Source: Terriglobia bacterium
GTDB lineage: Bacteria > Acidobacteriota > Terriglobia > 20CM-2-55-15
Length of the DNA stretch: 64,000 nt
Assembly: GCA_963664115.2 (NCBI GenBank)
Contig: CAXWPJ010000002.1
Location: 160,001 to 224,000, forward strand
Reading direction: 5' to 3'
Part shown: piece after piece, positions 40,896 to 51,084 of the stretch
How positions within the stretch are numbered: position 1 is the first letter of the stretch
How the letters are laid out: each line of letters starts with the position of its first letter
Position numbers and translations under genes: made by a program
The notes under the pieces: generated by a model
Told to the model about the DNA's origin: nothing
The model's database searches: none
What the model saw: only the letters and a program-made list of their open reading frames with translations

Positions 40896-41369
40896 ATGCT
40901 GAAGCGAACCATTGTCTATTTCAGTCTGTCATTCGGATTCAGCTGGGCCGTCTTTGCTGTGGCTTGGGGATTTGGGCTATTCCGTAACGGCGTTGGTCTG
41001 GCGGAAGGACCGTTTCTTTTCCTGTTCATGTGGGGGCCCGCTATCGGTGCAGTTGTGGCGACGCTTATGTTCGACCGTGCCCGATGGCGGGCGATCCTGG
41101 GCCTGAGCTTTACTCCTAATTGGTGGTGGGCTGGATCCGCACTCGCCGCAGCATCACTGGTCTTGGGTGCAACGTATGCGAGCGCACTTTTGCCGAATGT
41201 GGAGTTGATCGGCGTGGAAGAGGGCATTGCCCGAGCGCTCGCAGACCAGCCGTCTCTAGTCGAAAACGCCCTGCCGCCTCTGCCTGTGTTGCTCGTTTTG
41301 TCATTCCTCGGCGGCGCGTTACTCAACGGAGTATTGACGCTCACTGAGGAACTTGGCTGGCGAGGATAG
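40896..41369 (+). pseudogene. CPBP/Abi (CAAX protease) family N-terminal fragment
   Basis: TM segments and MWGPAIGA; the ORF stops right after motif 1 (EELGWRG*) and the later motifs are absent. Confidence 0.75.
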
Positions 41370-41581
41370 GAAAAATGAGAGCGCTTTCGCAATGAAGATC
41401 GTTCATCGTCTGGCATTTCATCGCTCGATCAAGGGGGAATACGACCGACGAGACCGCGTCACAGAGGATCAACATCGTCCTGAACTGGTTTGAAGAACTG
41501 AAGGAACGGGTGCCCCTGCCGTGATGCGGTGTTCTTTTGCCCCAGCAGCCCTGAAATCCATTCTCACTGCCTGATAAATCC

Positions 41582-42823
41582 TGCCGGCTCAATCGGTCGA
41601 TGCAACACATGCGTTAAATCGTTCGGCCGGAGTCTGAAACCCCAGCGTTTGACGAGGCCGTCTATTGAGCTTCGCTGCAATCATATCCAGATGCTGCTGA
41701 GAGTGAACGGATAAGTCTGTTCTTTTCGGGAAATAGTGTCGAAGCAGGCCGTTCGTGTTTTCATTCGAGCCCCGTTGCCATGGACTTCTCGGATCGCAAA
41801 AGTAGACGGCAATGTCGGTGGCCAGAGTGAACCGTTTGTGATCGGCCATCTCCAGACCGCGATCCCAGGTCAGTGATTCGTAGAGTTCCCTTGGTAGTTG
41901 ATGCGCGTGTTCGATCAACGCGTTGATGACGGTTTCGGTTTTCTTGTTAGAAACTTTTGCCAGCATCACATAACGGGAGTGACGTTCGACCAGAGTGGCG
42001 ATGTAGGAGTTGTTCGAACCCGCTATCAGATCCCCTTCCCAATGACCGGGGACGGCACGATCTTCGACCGAAGCCGGGCGCTCACGGATCGAGACCATGT
42101 CTTCGATTTTTCCCTTTCCATGGCCTTTCCGGCTCGCTTTTGCGGATCGGCGGATCGTGCGTCCCGAGCGCAGATACTGAACGAATTCTTTCTTCAAAGC
42201 CCCGCGGGCCTGGATGAAAAGGCTGCGATAGATCGTCTCGTGGGACACGTGAAGCGACTTGTCGTCCGGGTATGTGTACTTGAGCCACCCGGCGATCTGT
42301 TGGGGCGCCCAGTCGTCGGCCAGCTTCTCTTCAACCAGTTGCCGTAGTCGCGGACACCGGGAAAGACAACACGGCTTCCGACGATGCGCACGTCCCCAGG
42401 CCCGCTGATCCGCAACCGACGCTCGATAGTTATCATCGCCCCCGTTGCGGGCAATCTCCCGGCTCACTGTCGAAGGTGCACGACCGAGTACGAGCGCAAT
42501 CGAGCGGATCGATCGTCGGGCTGCAATGCCTCTGGAAATCTCCTCGCGTTCGGCCAGACTCAGCGCCCGCGCCGAACGACAACGCGGGCGCGGCCGGATG
42601 CCTCCATAGACGGCCAGTTGCCCGTGAATTGTCGATCCCCCTCGATCCAGTACACGTCCGATCTCTTTAGTCGATTTCCCTTCCTGCCACAGTTTCCATA
42701 TCTTCACGACCTCGGCTGCTGTGAACCATCGCCGCTTCCTATACGTCTTCTTCTTTCGTTTCTTGGGCATACACTTCACCCCTCCTTTCATGTGAAGTGT
42801 TGCATTGACCCCTTGAGATCACC
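41582..42823 (-). mobile_element. IS30-family element
   Basis: 27-bp IRs TGCCGGCTCAATCGGTCGATGCAACAC / GTGTTGCATTGACCCCTTGAGATCACC with a 2-bp CC duplication. Confidence 0.88.
41589..42770 (-). CDS. IS30 family transposase
   Basis: LSLAEREEI, SHETIY, GHWEGD, TWDRG and PWQRGSNENTNGLLR motifs. Confidence 0.93.
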   Translation of the reverse strand: MPKKRKKKTYRKRRWFTAAEVVKIWKLWQEGKSTKEIGRVLDRGGSTIHGQLAVYGGIRPRPRCRSARALSLAEREEISRGIAARRSIRSIALVLGRAPSTVSREIARNGGDDNYRASVADQRAWGRAHRRKPCCLSRCPRLRQLVEEKLADDWAPQQIAGWLKYTYPDDKSLHVSHETIYRSLFIQARGALKKEFVQYLRSGRTIRRSAKASRKGHGKGKIEDMVSIRERPASVEDRAVPGHWEGDLIAGSNNSYIATLVERHSRYVMLAKVSNKKTETVINALIEHAHQLPRELYESLTWDRGLEMADHKRFTLATDIAVYFCDPRSPWQRGSNENTNGLLRHYFPKRTDLSVHSQQHLDMIAAKLNRRPRQTLGFQTPAERFNACVASTD

Positions 42824-43081
42824 CCTCTTGTCGGACGTTGAGATTTCACAATTTCAGTCAGCATCAACCGACTCCATCGAGTCATTCCCAAAAAACCAAC
42901 AACTTGAAACCAAAGCGGTCGCGAGTGGGCCTGAAGTGGATTACGTGCTGTCAGAGCCGTTGAAGTGCCCCAGGTGCGCGGGAGAGATTAGCGAGGAGAC
43001 GTTGGTGGAGTGGGAATAAAAAGCGGCGGTGATCCCGGCGAACACGACGATACTTGGCCGGGTGCGTCCTACACACCCCGG

Positions 43082-43462
43082 CTAAGCGCTTGCGGGGCGG
43101 GCAGCCGCCATGCCCCCGACAGCTTCGGCCTCGTCGGTCTCAACGTCGAAAATCGCACTCAACCGGGTGATGTCCAGCAACTCCCGAACTCTTTTCGTCG
43201 GATTCAGGAGTTTCAGTTGCCCCTGGTTGTTTTGAAGAGTCTCGTAAACCTCGACCAACGATTCCAACCCCCGGCTGTCGATGTAGTCGAGCTCCGCCAT
43301 GTTCAATATGAGGCGGGGATCATCGGACTCGATGAATTGTCGAACAGCTCCTCGAAACCCGTCGATCGTAGTTCCGCTCTGAAGACGGCAGGCCAAGTCC
43401 AAGATGGTTATGGGGCCAGCCTTGCGGATCCGGACGGATAAGCGTTCCTTGGTCTCTTTCAT
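43082..43462 (-). CDS. STAS-domain anti-sigma factor antagonist
   Basis: AGGAGG RBS; LILNMAELDYIDSRGL and LLDITRL motifs. Confidence 0.85.
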   Translation of the reverse strand: MKETKERLSVRIRKAGPITILDLACRLQSGTTIDGFRGAVRQFIESDDPRLILNMAELDYIDSRGLESLVEVYETLQNNQGQLKLLNPTKRVRELLDITRLSAIFDVETDEAEAVGGMAAARPASA

Positions 43463-43912
43463 TGCACCTCCTGGCAATCCGTGGCATCAGCCTTGCGGGC
43501 CGTTAAGGGCTTTGTGTGACACCCTTGAATATCATAGTGAAATAGCCACGTCAGGTTTGTTCTGTCAAGTAAATACGGCACCGTAAGTCCAGTCAGGCTC
43601 TTCTTTCGTCAAGTCGTGGCCGAACTGCGTACAATCTCCGCATGCCCCTCCCCATTTTCCGGTTTCAGGTCCCGGAATCCGCGCAGGGTAGTCTTCGCGA
43701 TAGAGTGGCGCCCCGTTTCCAGAAAAGTTGACTTGCACAATCGCTGTTCCACACGGCAGTGCGGGCAATCAAGCCCCAATCGAAGCACGACAGTTTACGT
43801 TCAGAATCTTACGCATCCATTTGCTCTCCGTGGGATTGCCCTCTGTGCCAACGTAGGTGAGACACCTGCCTGAGCAATAATTAGTGAGCAAGGGCGGGAA
43901 GGCAGGTAACCT

Positions 43913-44401
43913 GTGTTGGTGATCAAAGCAGAACACGAGAACGAAGAATCGGGCGGAACGGAAGGAGCCCGTAGGGCGACTGGAGTTGCGCCCGAAGCGG
44001 CCGGACGGAACGGGGATGCCCCGGACCCGGAGGTTGCGGATAAGGCGACACGCCGTCGGTTCACCGCCGCGTATAAGAGGCGGATCGTGCGGGAGGCCGA
44101 CAAGTGCACGAAGCCAGGCGAGGTGGGGGCGTTGCTGCGCAGGGAGGGCGTGTATTCGTCGAGCCTGAGCACCTGGCGGCGACAACACGATGCGGGCGAG
44201 CTCGCCGGTCGAGGGGCGAAGCGAGGACCGAAAGCGCAACCGAAGGATCCGCGGGATAAGCGCATTGCGCAACTGAAGCGGGAGACGCGGCGGCTCGAGA
44301 GAAAGCTGGAGCAAGCCGAAACGGTGATCGGCATCCAAAAAAAAGTTGCCTCGCTCCTGGGAATCCCCCTGAAGAGTCCGGACGACGAAGAGAACGACTG
44401 A
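43913..44401 (+). CDS. IS3-family transposase OrfA
   Basis: RRRFTAAYKRRIV..GEVGALLRREG HTH followed by a coiled coil. Confidence 0.85.
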   Translation: MLVIKAEHENEESGGTEGARRATGVAPEAAGRNGDAPDPEVADKATRRRFTAAYKRRIVREADKCTKPGEVGALLRREGVYSSSLSTWRRQHDAGELAGRGAKRGPKAQPKDPRDKRIAQLKRETRRLERKLEQAETVIGIQKKVASLLGIPLKSPDDEEND

Positions 44402-45402
44402 TGGAAGCGGCCGAGAAGTTCTCCGGCGAGTTGGGAACGGCGCCGGCATGTCGGGTCTTTGGCGTTCCGCGCGCGTCGCTCTACCGCCACCGGCGACGGG
44501 AAGCCACGCCCGCGGTGGAGCCGACACCTGCCGGATCGCATCGGGCGTTGAGCGGGGTGGAGCGCCAAGAGGTCCTCGACGTGTTGCATAGTGAGCGCTT
44601 CGTGGACCAGGCGCCCGCACAGGTCGCCGCGGCCCTGCTGGACGAGGAACGCTATCTGTGTTCGGTACGCACGATGTACCGGATTCTGGATGCGAATCAG
44701 GAGGTTCGCGAGCGGCGGAACCAACGGCGTCATCCCGTCTACGAGAAGCCGGAACTGTTGGCCACGGGACCGAATCAGGTTTGGAGTTGGGACATAACGA
44801 AGCTGAAGGGCCCGCGAAAGTGGACCTACTACTACTTGTACGTGATCTTGGACATCTTCAGCCGCCAGGCGGTGGGCTGGATGGTGGCCGACTGCGAATC
44901 TTCCGGCCTGGCCAAGAAACTGATTCGTGAAAGCTGTGACAAGCATCGGATCGAGCAGGATCAGCTGACTCTGCACGCGGATCGCGGGTCCTCGATGAAA
45001 TCGAAGGTGGTGGCCTTACTGCTCTCGGATCTGGGGGTGACCAAGACCCATTCCCGACCGCATGTCTCCGATGACAACCCGTTCTCCGAGGCCCAGTTCA
45101 AAACGCTGAAGTATCGGCCGGACTTCCCGGAACGCTTTGGCTGCATCCAGGATGCCACGGCGTTCTGCCGCGACTTCTTCGGCTGGTACAACAACGTCCA
45201 CTATCATTCGGGCCTGAACTGGCTGACACCGGCGATGGTCCATGACGGTCGCACCGGCCCCGTCGTCCAGCGACGCCAGCGTGCCTTGGATCGCGCTCGT
45301 CGCGAGCATCCAGAACGTTTTGTCGGCGCACCCAGGACGATCCTTGGACCGCCGGCAAAGGTGTGGATCAACCCACCTGCGGAGACGCAAGTGGTAGCTT
45401 AA
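44401..45402 (+). CDS. IS3-family transposase OrfB (rve)
   Basis: PNQVWSWDITKL, LHADRG and DNPFSEAQFKTLK motifs; TGATG coupling to orfA. Confidence 0.9.
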   Translation: MEAAEKFSGELGTAPACRVFGVPRASLYRHRRREATPAVEPTPAGSHRALSGVERQEVLDVLHSERFVDQAPAQVAAALLDEERYLCSVRTMYRILDANQEVRERRNQRRHPVYEKPELLATGPNQVWSWDITKLKGPRKWTYYYLYVILDIFSRQAVGWMVADCESSGLAKKLIRESCDKHRIEQDQLTLHADRGSSMKSKVVALLLSDLGVTKTHSRPHVSDDNPFSEAQFKTLKYRPDFPERFGCIQDATAFCRDFFGWYNNVHYHSGLNWLTPAMVHDGRTGPVVQRRQRALDRARREHPERFVGAPRTILGPPAKVWINPPAETQVVA

Positions 45403-45507
45403 ATTCTGAACCCAGGTGTCTCAAACTTGTTGACATTCTCCGTTGGCTTGTCAGACTGCCGCTTCATCCAGTGGGTGATGTTCGCAAACAAGGGGTGATA
45501 GGGGCCA

Positions 45508-48043
45508 CTAATTCAACGGCCCTTTGATCACGCGAATGCGGTTGTTTCGCGTGTCGGAGATGAACACGTTCCCGGACAAATCGACGGCGACGCCTTTGGG
45601 GAGGTGAATGCTGGCTTCCGTTCCGACGCCGTTGTCGCCCGAAAAGGTCGAGCCCCCGTCGCCCGCGATTGTTTCTATGGTCCCAGTCTGAGAATCGACC
45701 CGGCGAATCCGGTTGTTCACGCTGTCGGCGATGAACAGGTTGCCGGCCGAATCTACTGTGACATCAAATGGTTTGCTCAGGAGCGCGTCGACCGCTCGCC
45801 CCCCGTCCCCGGCGAAGAGCTGGTTGCGGAGTCTATCGATTGCGATTCCCAAGGGGCCCTCACCCGCGAGGTTGTCGCTCAGGTCCAGGACCACGCTGGT
45901 GGCACCGGCCGTGTCGACCTTCATCACTTTATCGGTTATCGCATCGGCGAAATAAATGTTGCCGTTCGCGTCCAGGTTCACACTGACGGGTTGTGAGGAA
46001 CCGAAATTTTCGCCCGCCACATCGACAATGGTGGTCAGAATTCCGGTGTTCACATTCACTTTCTGAATCTGGCCGGCCACAGTATCGGCGATGTAGATGT
46101 TCCCGCCGCTGTCTGTGGCGACATCCTCGGGAAATATCAGGCTGAACTCCATGGCCGGCACGCTATCCATGAAACCGGAGCCAGCGAGATTCAGGGCACC
46201 GCGGCCCGCTAGGGTAGTAATGAGTCCGGTCTCCAGGTCGACCTTCCGGATTCGGCTCACGAATCGGTCCGCGATAAGGAGCGATCCATCTGGCGCGATT
46301 GTGATCCCGCCGGGAGAAAAGAGACGGGCCGCCCATGCCTGCTGGCCATCACCCAGGGGCAGACTACCGCCGGCATACTCCGTGACCTCGGTCGAGCTGT
46401 CGATCCTCAGTATTCTCGAGCTGAACTCACCCGTTCCCTGAGCGGGAGCATCGGAGACAAACAAGTCTCCGCTGCTGTCTACGGCGAGTCCTTTCGCAAA
46501 CGTTGGGAATTCAAACTCACCCGACAGTACCGTCGTGACGAGGCCGTCCCCAAACCGCACGATACCCGCCGCCGCCACGAAAACGTCGCCTTCGGGCGAC
46601 AGCGCCAGACCGAGCGGTTCCGAGATCCCGAATTCCGTCGCTATGCCGTTCGTCACCGAGCGCGTGGTGATGCGTTCACCGTTACCCAACACGGTGGAGA
46701 TCACGCCGGTTGCATCGACCGTTCGGACGCGGAGATTGTCGGTGTCGGAAATGAGCAGGTTGCCGTCACGGTCCAGGCCAACCGCCCGCGGCCCGTTGAG
46801 ACTCGCGCTGGCGGCCGGCCCGCCGTCCCCGGAAAAACCGGCGGCGCCGTTGCCGGCGACCGTCGTGATGATCCCGGTTTCCACATCCACTTTTCTGATG
46901 CGATGATTGCCGGTATCGGCGATGATCCAGTCGCCGTTCTGATCGACCATGATTCCGAGGGGCCAGCTCAGACGTGCGACGACAGCCAGGCCCGCATCGC
47001 CGCTCAAGCCGAAGCTTCCGAGCCCGGCGACAGTACTGATCAGACCGGTCGACAGGTCCACCATCCGGATCCGATTGTTGCTGCTGTCGGCGATGAGCAG
47101 ATTTCCTCTCCCGTCCAATGCCAGTCCCCAGGGCTTATTCAGCTTTGCGGCCACCGCCGGTTCCCCATCGCCGGAGAATCCCTCCAACCCCGTACCAGCA
47201 ACCGTCAGGATGATTCCGGTTCGTCTGTCGATTTTCCGGATTCTGTGATCATCGGGATCGGCGACATAGAGGTCGCCGGTGGAATCGAAAGCAATGCCAT
47301 ACGATCTCCACAGGAGGGCGGACTCCGCGGCAGATCCGTCGCCCGAGAAAGAACTACCTCCGGCTATCGTCGTGATGTAACCGACGGGCAACTGATCCAA
47401 CGAAACCGGCTCGACCAGCAACGCACTCTAGGTAAGCCCACCTCGACCCTGGACCGTCAGGGTGGAACGTCCACTTGGAAGAGCGGGGGAGACAAACACC
47501 AGCGTCTGGCTGTCGACGAATTGGACAGCAATCGTTACGCCGGCAACGAAAACCGAGGAATCCGGAGCAAAGTTCCGTCCCGTGATGGTCACCGTTGCAC
47601 CGCCCTGGACGCTGATCTGTGGCGGGGTGATGGCGGTGATTTCGGGCTCGGCGAAACGGATCTCTTGAGCAACTCGGTCTGTCTCCGCAACCAACAGTCG
47701 ACCGCTCTCGGTGATGGAAAGGCCGCGGGGGCTCTCGAAGGTTCCCGGCTGTGCGGTCTGGACCAGACTGCCATTTGTCAAAACCGTCCGGACGCTGCCG
47801 GATGTCCGTTCGCTGACGTGAATGTTGCCAAACCATCGACGCTGACACCTGTCGGCGTGGTGAAGTTGAGGGGAACACCCGCAATAATGTCGCTTGCCAA
47901 TTTCGCGACCTCGGTCACTGCGGCAACGGAACCCGACGTACCCCCGGTCAGTGTTTCGACCAGTCCGGCTGCGGTCACTCGACGGATCAGCCCGTTCGCT
48001 GTGTCCGCGACGACGACCCGAATCTCTGGCGGGGGATCCCCTC
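45508..48043 (-). pseudogene. Large NHL-repeat/IPT-TIG surface protein, disrupted
   Basis: Many GDGGPA..A.L..P.G.A.D..GNL.IAD..N.RIR repeats and an IPT/TIG segment. In-frame TAG at 47428-47430, frameshift near 47780, 5' part lost at IS630. Confidence 0.85.
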
Positions 48044-48814
48044 TAGTGGTCCCCGTTAAACAGACTGTAACTTATCAAGATTTCGCCGGCCGCGCTGGAC
48101 TTTAGCAAGGATGTCGGAAGCCGTTGCAGTCCAGATGAAGGGTTTCGGGTCTTCATTGTGACGAGCGAGGTAGTCCTCCACGGCCTGGATCAACTCGGGG
48201 ACCGAGCGGAAAACGCCACGCCGGAGTCGTTGCTCGGACAGATCCCGGAAAAAGCGCTCGACCATGTTGAGCCACGACGCACTGGTTGGCGTGAAGTGCA
48301 CATGAAAACGCTTGTTACGCTTGAGCCAGTTGACGACTTTCTGATGTTTGTGAGTCGCATAGTTGTCGCAAATAATGTGGATCTCCTTATCTTTCGGCAT
48401 GGCGCGTTTGATCTGATTCAGAAACCGGATCCATTCCTGATGGCGATGCTTTGGCATGCAGGTTCCGATGACCGAACCGTCCAGGATGTTGAGCGCGGCG
48501 AAAAGCGTGGTTGTCCCGTTACGTTTGTAATCGTGGGTCATGGTGCCACACCGCCCCTTCTTCAGAGGTAACCCGGGTTGCGTGCGGTCCAGGGCCTGCA
48601 TCTGGCTCTTCTCATCGCAGGACAAGACAATGGCGTTTTCCGGTGGGCTCAGATACAGACCGACCACATCCTCCAGCTTTTCGGCGAATCGTTTGTCGTT
48701 GGATAGTTTGAAGGTTCGTGACAGATGAGGCTTCAGTCCATGGACCCGCCAGATTTTCCCGACCGTGGACTCGCTCACGCCAACGGCCTTCGCCATCGAG
48801 GCCCGACTCCAGTG
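48044..48814 (-). mobile_element. IS630-family element, 5'-truncated transposase (ORF 48056..48796)
   Basis: [24 protein letters not shown] and [10 protein letters not shown] motifs; TA at the 3' end; coding begins abruptly at HWSRASM. Confidence 0.88.
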
Positions 48815-48874
48815 CTCTTGCGGCTACTCGAGCGCGCAGCTTAGAATGGTTCGCTCGTCGCGTCGCCGAGGCCA

Positions 48875-48947
48875 GGCCCCATCGTCTAGTGGTTTAGGAC
48901 GTAGCCCTCTCAAGGCTAAAACACGGGTTCGACTCCCGTTGGGGCTA
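48875..48947 (+). tRNA. tRNA-Glu(CTC)
   Basis: Acceptor GGCCCCA/TGGGGCT, anticodon arm TAGCC-CTCTCAA-GGCTA, GGTTCGACTCC; promoter-like TTGCGG..TAGAAT upstream. Confidence 0.95.
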
Positions 48948-49011
48948 TTCAGAGGAAGTTAAGAGTTAAAAGCAACGCGTTAAGGTTACGTTCCTAAACT
49001 TTTTTCTCATC

Positions 49012-50085
49012 TCACTCATCACGCGTCACGTCCTGAGGCCTCTCCACAAAATCACCGCGCCGTATCGTCCCCAGCTGTCGGACAATCGCACGCCGTCCAT
49101 AGGCATTCGAAATCCAGTTCTCAAACAGGGCCGGTATGCCCGGACCCAGGCCGGGGTCGGGCCCGCTCATTGCGTGGAAATGGAGGTGGGGTTCGACCGA
49201 GTCCCCGGAGTTGCCGACCTCTGCGATGGGATCGCCTTCAAGAACCTGATCTCCGACACCCACCTTCATGCCGCCCGGACGCATGTGCGCGTAGTAAGTG
49301 TAGCGATTTTCCCGATGGCGGATGACGATCGCGTTGCCGCCGGGAGTCGCCGCCATAGCCTGACCCGGCACATTTTCCGGAACGTCGTTCCGCATGTAGA
49401 CCACTTCCCCGTCGGCTGAGGCCAGCACATCCAGTCCATATGAGAAGTAATCGCTGTTGCGACCGCCGGTCCCCTCATAACTTTTTCCATCGGGGCCAAT
49501 TTTCAGGAAATCGTACGCGAACGCTTCGGCGACGAAACGTTTGTGTGCATCCAGTGCGCTGTGTTCCGCCGCGACGTACCAACTGCCCTCAAAGGGCAAA
49601 CGTCCTACAAAGCCTTCCATCACGGCCAAGGGGATCGACACCTTGTTCGACCGCAGGTTTTCACCTTGCCGGAATTCGGTTTCCACGATCAGCGTCTGCC
49701 CCATCAATCCCGACGGCAACTCGAAGGAAACATCCGAAAGTGCTTTCCGTTCGTCCGGACCTAGTACCAGAGTGCCGGGCGGCGTCACTTCGATCCGGCG
49801 ACGCTCAACGGAGTTGTCGAAGAGCTCAATCAGCGCGGGCCCGGAAAACTGGCCCGACACGAGCCCTCCTGTCGTACCGACCAAATCAAACCGCATCCAT
49901 TGAAATTCGATGGGCCCGGAAGACGTGTTGTGGAGTATGAGATGGAAAAAAGCCCGCTCGACAGGAACGACGTCACCACCCAGGGCCTCTACATATACCA
50001 CTGCCGGAAGAACCGAGATGTCCACCTGAGCGGAAGCGGAAACCGCAAATACGAGGGCTAAACACAATACAATAAGTATGCGCAT
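49012..50085 (-). CDS. Secreted M23 family metallopeptidase
   Basis: Signal peptide, H...YDF, YAHM and GNSGDSVEPHLHF motifs. Confidence 0.88.
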   Translation of the reverse strand: MRILIVLCLALVFAVSASAQVDISVLPAVVYVEALGGDVVPVERAFFHLILHNTSSGPIEFQWMRFDLVGTTGGLVSGQFSGPALIELFDNSVERRRIEVTPPGTLVLGPDERKALSDVSFELPSGLMGQTLIVETEFRQGENLRSNKVSIPLAVMEGFVGRLPFEGSWYVAAEHSALDAHKRFVAEAFAYDFLKIGPDGKSYEGTGGRNSDYFSYGLDVLASADGEVVYMRNDVPENVPGQAMAATPGGNAIVIRHRENRYTYYAHMRPGGMKVGVGDQVLEGDPIAEVGNSGDSVEPHLHFHAMSGPDPGLGPGIPALFENWISNAYGRRAIVRQLGTIRRGDFVERPQDVTRDE

Positions 50086-50142
50086 CGCGACTTGAAGGCT
50101 AAGTCAAAGAAGTGGCAAAAATCAACCCGGACGGAAATCCCT

Positions 50143-50688
50143 ATGAGTGAACCATCCACGGAGACAGCAACACTTGGCGGTGGTTGCTTCTGGTGCCTCG
50201 AAGCCGTGTTCGAACAACTCCAGGGTGTCCACTCAGTCAAGTCCGGTTATTCCGGCGGCGCTCGCCCCAATCCCAGCTACGAACAGATCTGTTCCGGGGC
50301 AACGGGCCATGCCGAGGTTGTCCAGATCGTTTTCGAGCCCTCAGTGACACCATATAGGGAAGTGCTACAAATATTTTTCGCTATCCATGACCCGACCACG
50401 CTCAATCGTCAAGGCAACGATGTCGGCACGCAATACCGTTCGGTGATCTTTTTCCATTCTAAGGAACAGAGCGATACCGCCCGGACGGTTATTGAGGAAT
50501 TGGATCAGTCCGGCGTTTTCTCTGCCCCTGTCGTAACCGAGCTGACTCCCCTGGAACAGTTCTATCCTGCCGAGGACTACCACCAGGAATACTTTCGCCA
50601 GAATTCAGAACAACCGTACTGCCAGTACGTCATCGACCCCAAGATCGCCAAGTTCCGTGCGCAGTACTTCGACAAGCTAAAAAATTAA
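50143..50688 (+). CDS. msrA: Peptide-methionine (S)-S-oxide reductase
   Basis: GGGCFWCLE, GHAEVVQ, QGNDVGTQYRS and AEDYHQEY motifs. Confidence 0.96.
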   Translation: MSEPSTETATLGGGCFWCLEAVFEQLQGVHSVKSGYSGGARPNPSYEQICSGATGHAEVVQIVFEPSVTPYREVLQIFFAIHDPTTLNRQGNDVGTQYRSVIFFHSKEQSDTARTVIEELDQSGVFSAPVVTELTPLEQFYPAEDYHQEYFRQNSEQPYCQYVIDPKIAKFRAQYFDKLKN

Positions 50689-50702
50689 TTGGGGTCAGAG
50701 CC

Positions 50703-51054
50703 CTATTTCCCCATTTTTTCCGTCACCTCATAATCCAGAACCGATTCGTTTTTTCTCGCTGGCCGACCGCGTTTGCGCGGACGGATCCGTCGACCCAAAC
50801 GGCCCTCCAATTCGAGCACAAAGCTTTCAGAACCCCACGGACGTCCCGAAAGCGTCCGACTGCGGATGAGAGTGGTCTGCTCGGTCGACTCTCCTTCTCC
50901 GAGCCAGGCCGACCAGTCTTGTGGCCATAAACCCGGTGGAAATTTATCCGTCATTAGCGTATCGAGTCGTACTCCACAATGAGCGGCCGCACTGGACCAC
51001 TTGTAATCTTCGGCATGTTGAACGATCCCTTCAGCAATCCGCATAGGGATTGAC
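50703..51054 (-). pseudogene. C-terminal remnant of a REP-associated (RAYT/Y1) tyrosine transposase
   Basis: NP/MRIAEGIVQHAEDYKWSS..GRPWGSESF..RKRGRP, followed by a GGGGTCAGAGCCCTATTT-type end sequence at 50687-50712. Confidence 0.65.
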
Positions 51055-51078
51055 TACCGAACAAATGTTTGGTAAAAC
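51050..51078 (+). promoter_or_regulatory. Promoter with overlapping LexA-type SOS box
   Basis: TTGACT-N17-TAAAAC with the palindrome TACCGAAC-AAAT-GTTTGGTA in the spacer, directly upstream of imuA. Confidence 0.75.
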
Positions 51079-51084
51079 TCCTGA

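Larger units (their letters stand above)
41468..42845 (+). repeat. Dispersed junction element, copy G, inverted repeat split by IS30
   Basis: INIVLNWFEELKERVPLP* at 41468-41524. Removing IS30 and one CC rebuilds CTCACTGCCTGATAA-ATCCTC-TTGTCGGACGTTGAG. Confidence 0.8.
43846..45435 (+). mobile_element. IS3-family element
   Basis: IRs TGCCAACGTAGGTGAGACACCTG / CAGGTGTCTCAAACTTGTTGACA, orfA + orfB, and an A-run slippery site near 44337-44345. Confidence 0.82.
29570..48814. mobile_element. Decayed genomic island at tRNA-Gln, ending at the tRNA-Glu promoter
   Basis: Phage-type integrase near the tRNA, six IS or IS-like elements, several pseudogenes, no core genes. The right att duplicate was not found. 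Confidence 0.75.

Noticed and set aside
45508-47421. NHL repeats as a diversity-generating retroelement or variable locus
   Set aside because: No reverse transcriptase or TR/VR pair; these are ordinary protein-level repeats in a pseudogene.
48806-48814. CTCCAGT as a displaced tRNA-Gln 3' end (attR)
   Set aside because: It is IS630 coding sequence (HWS) and too short a match.
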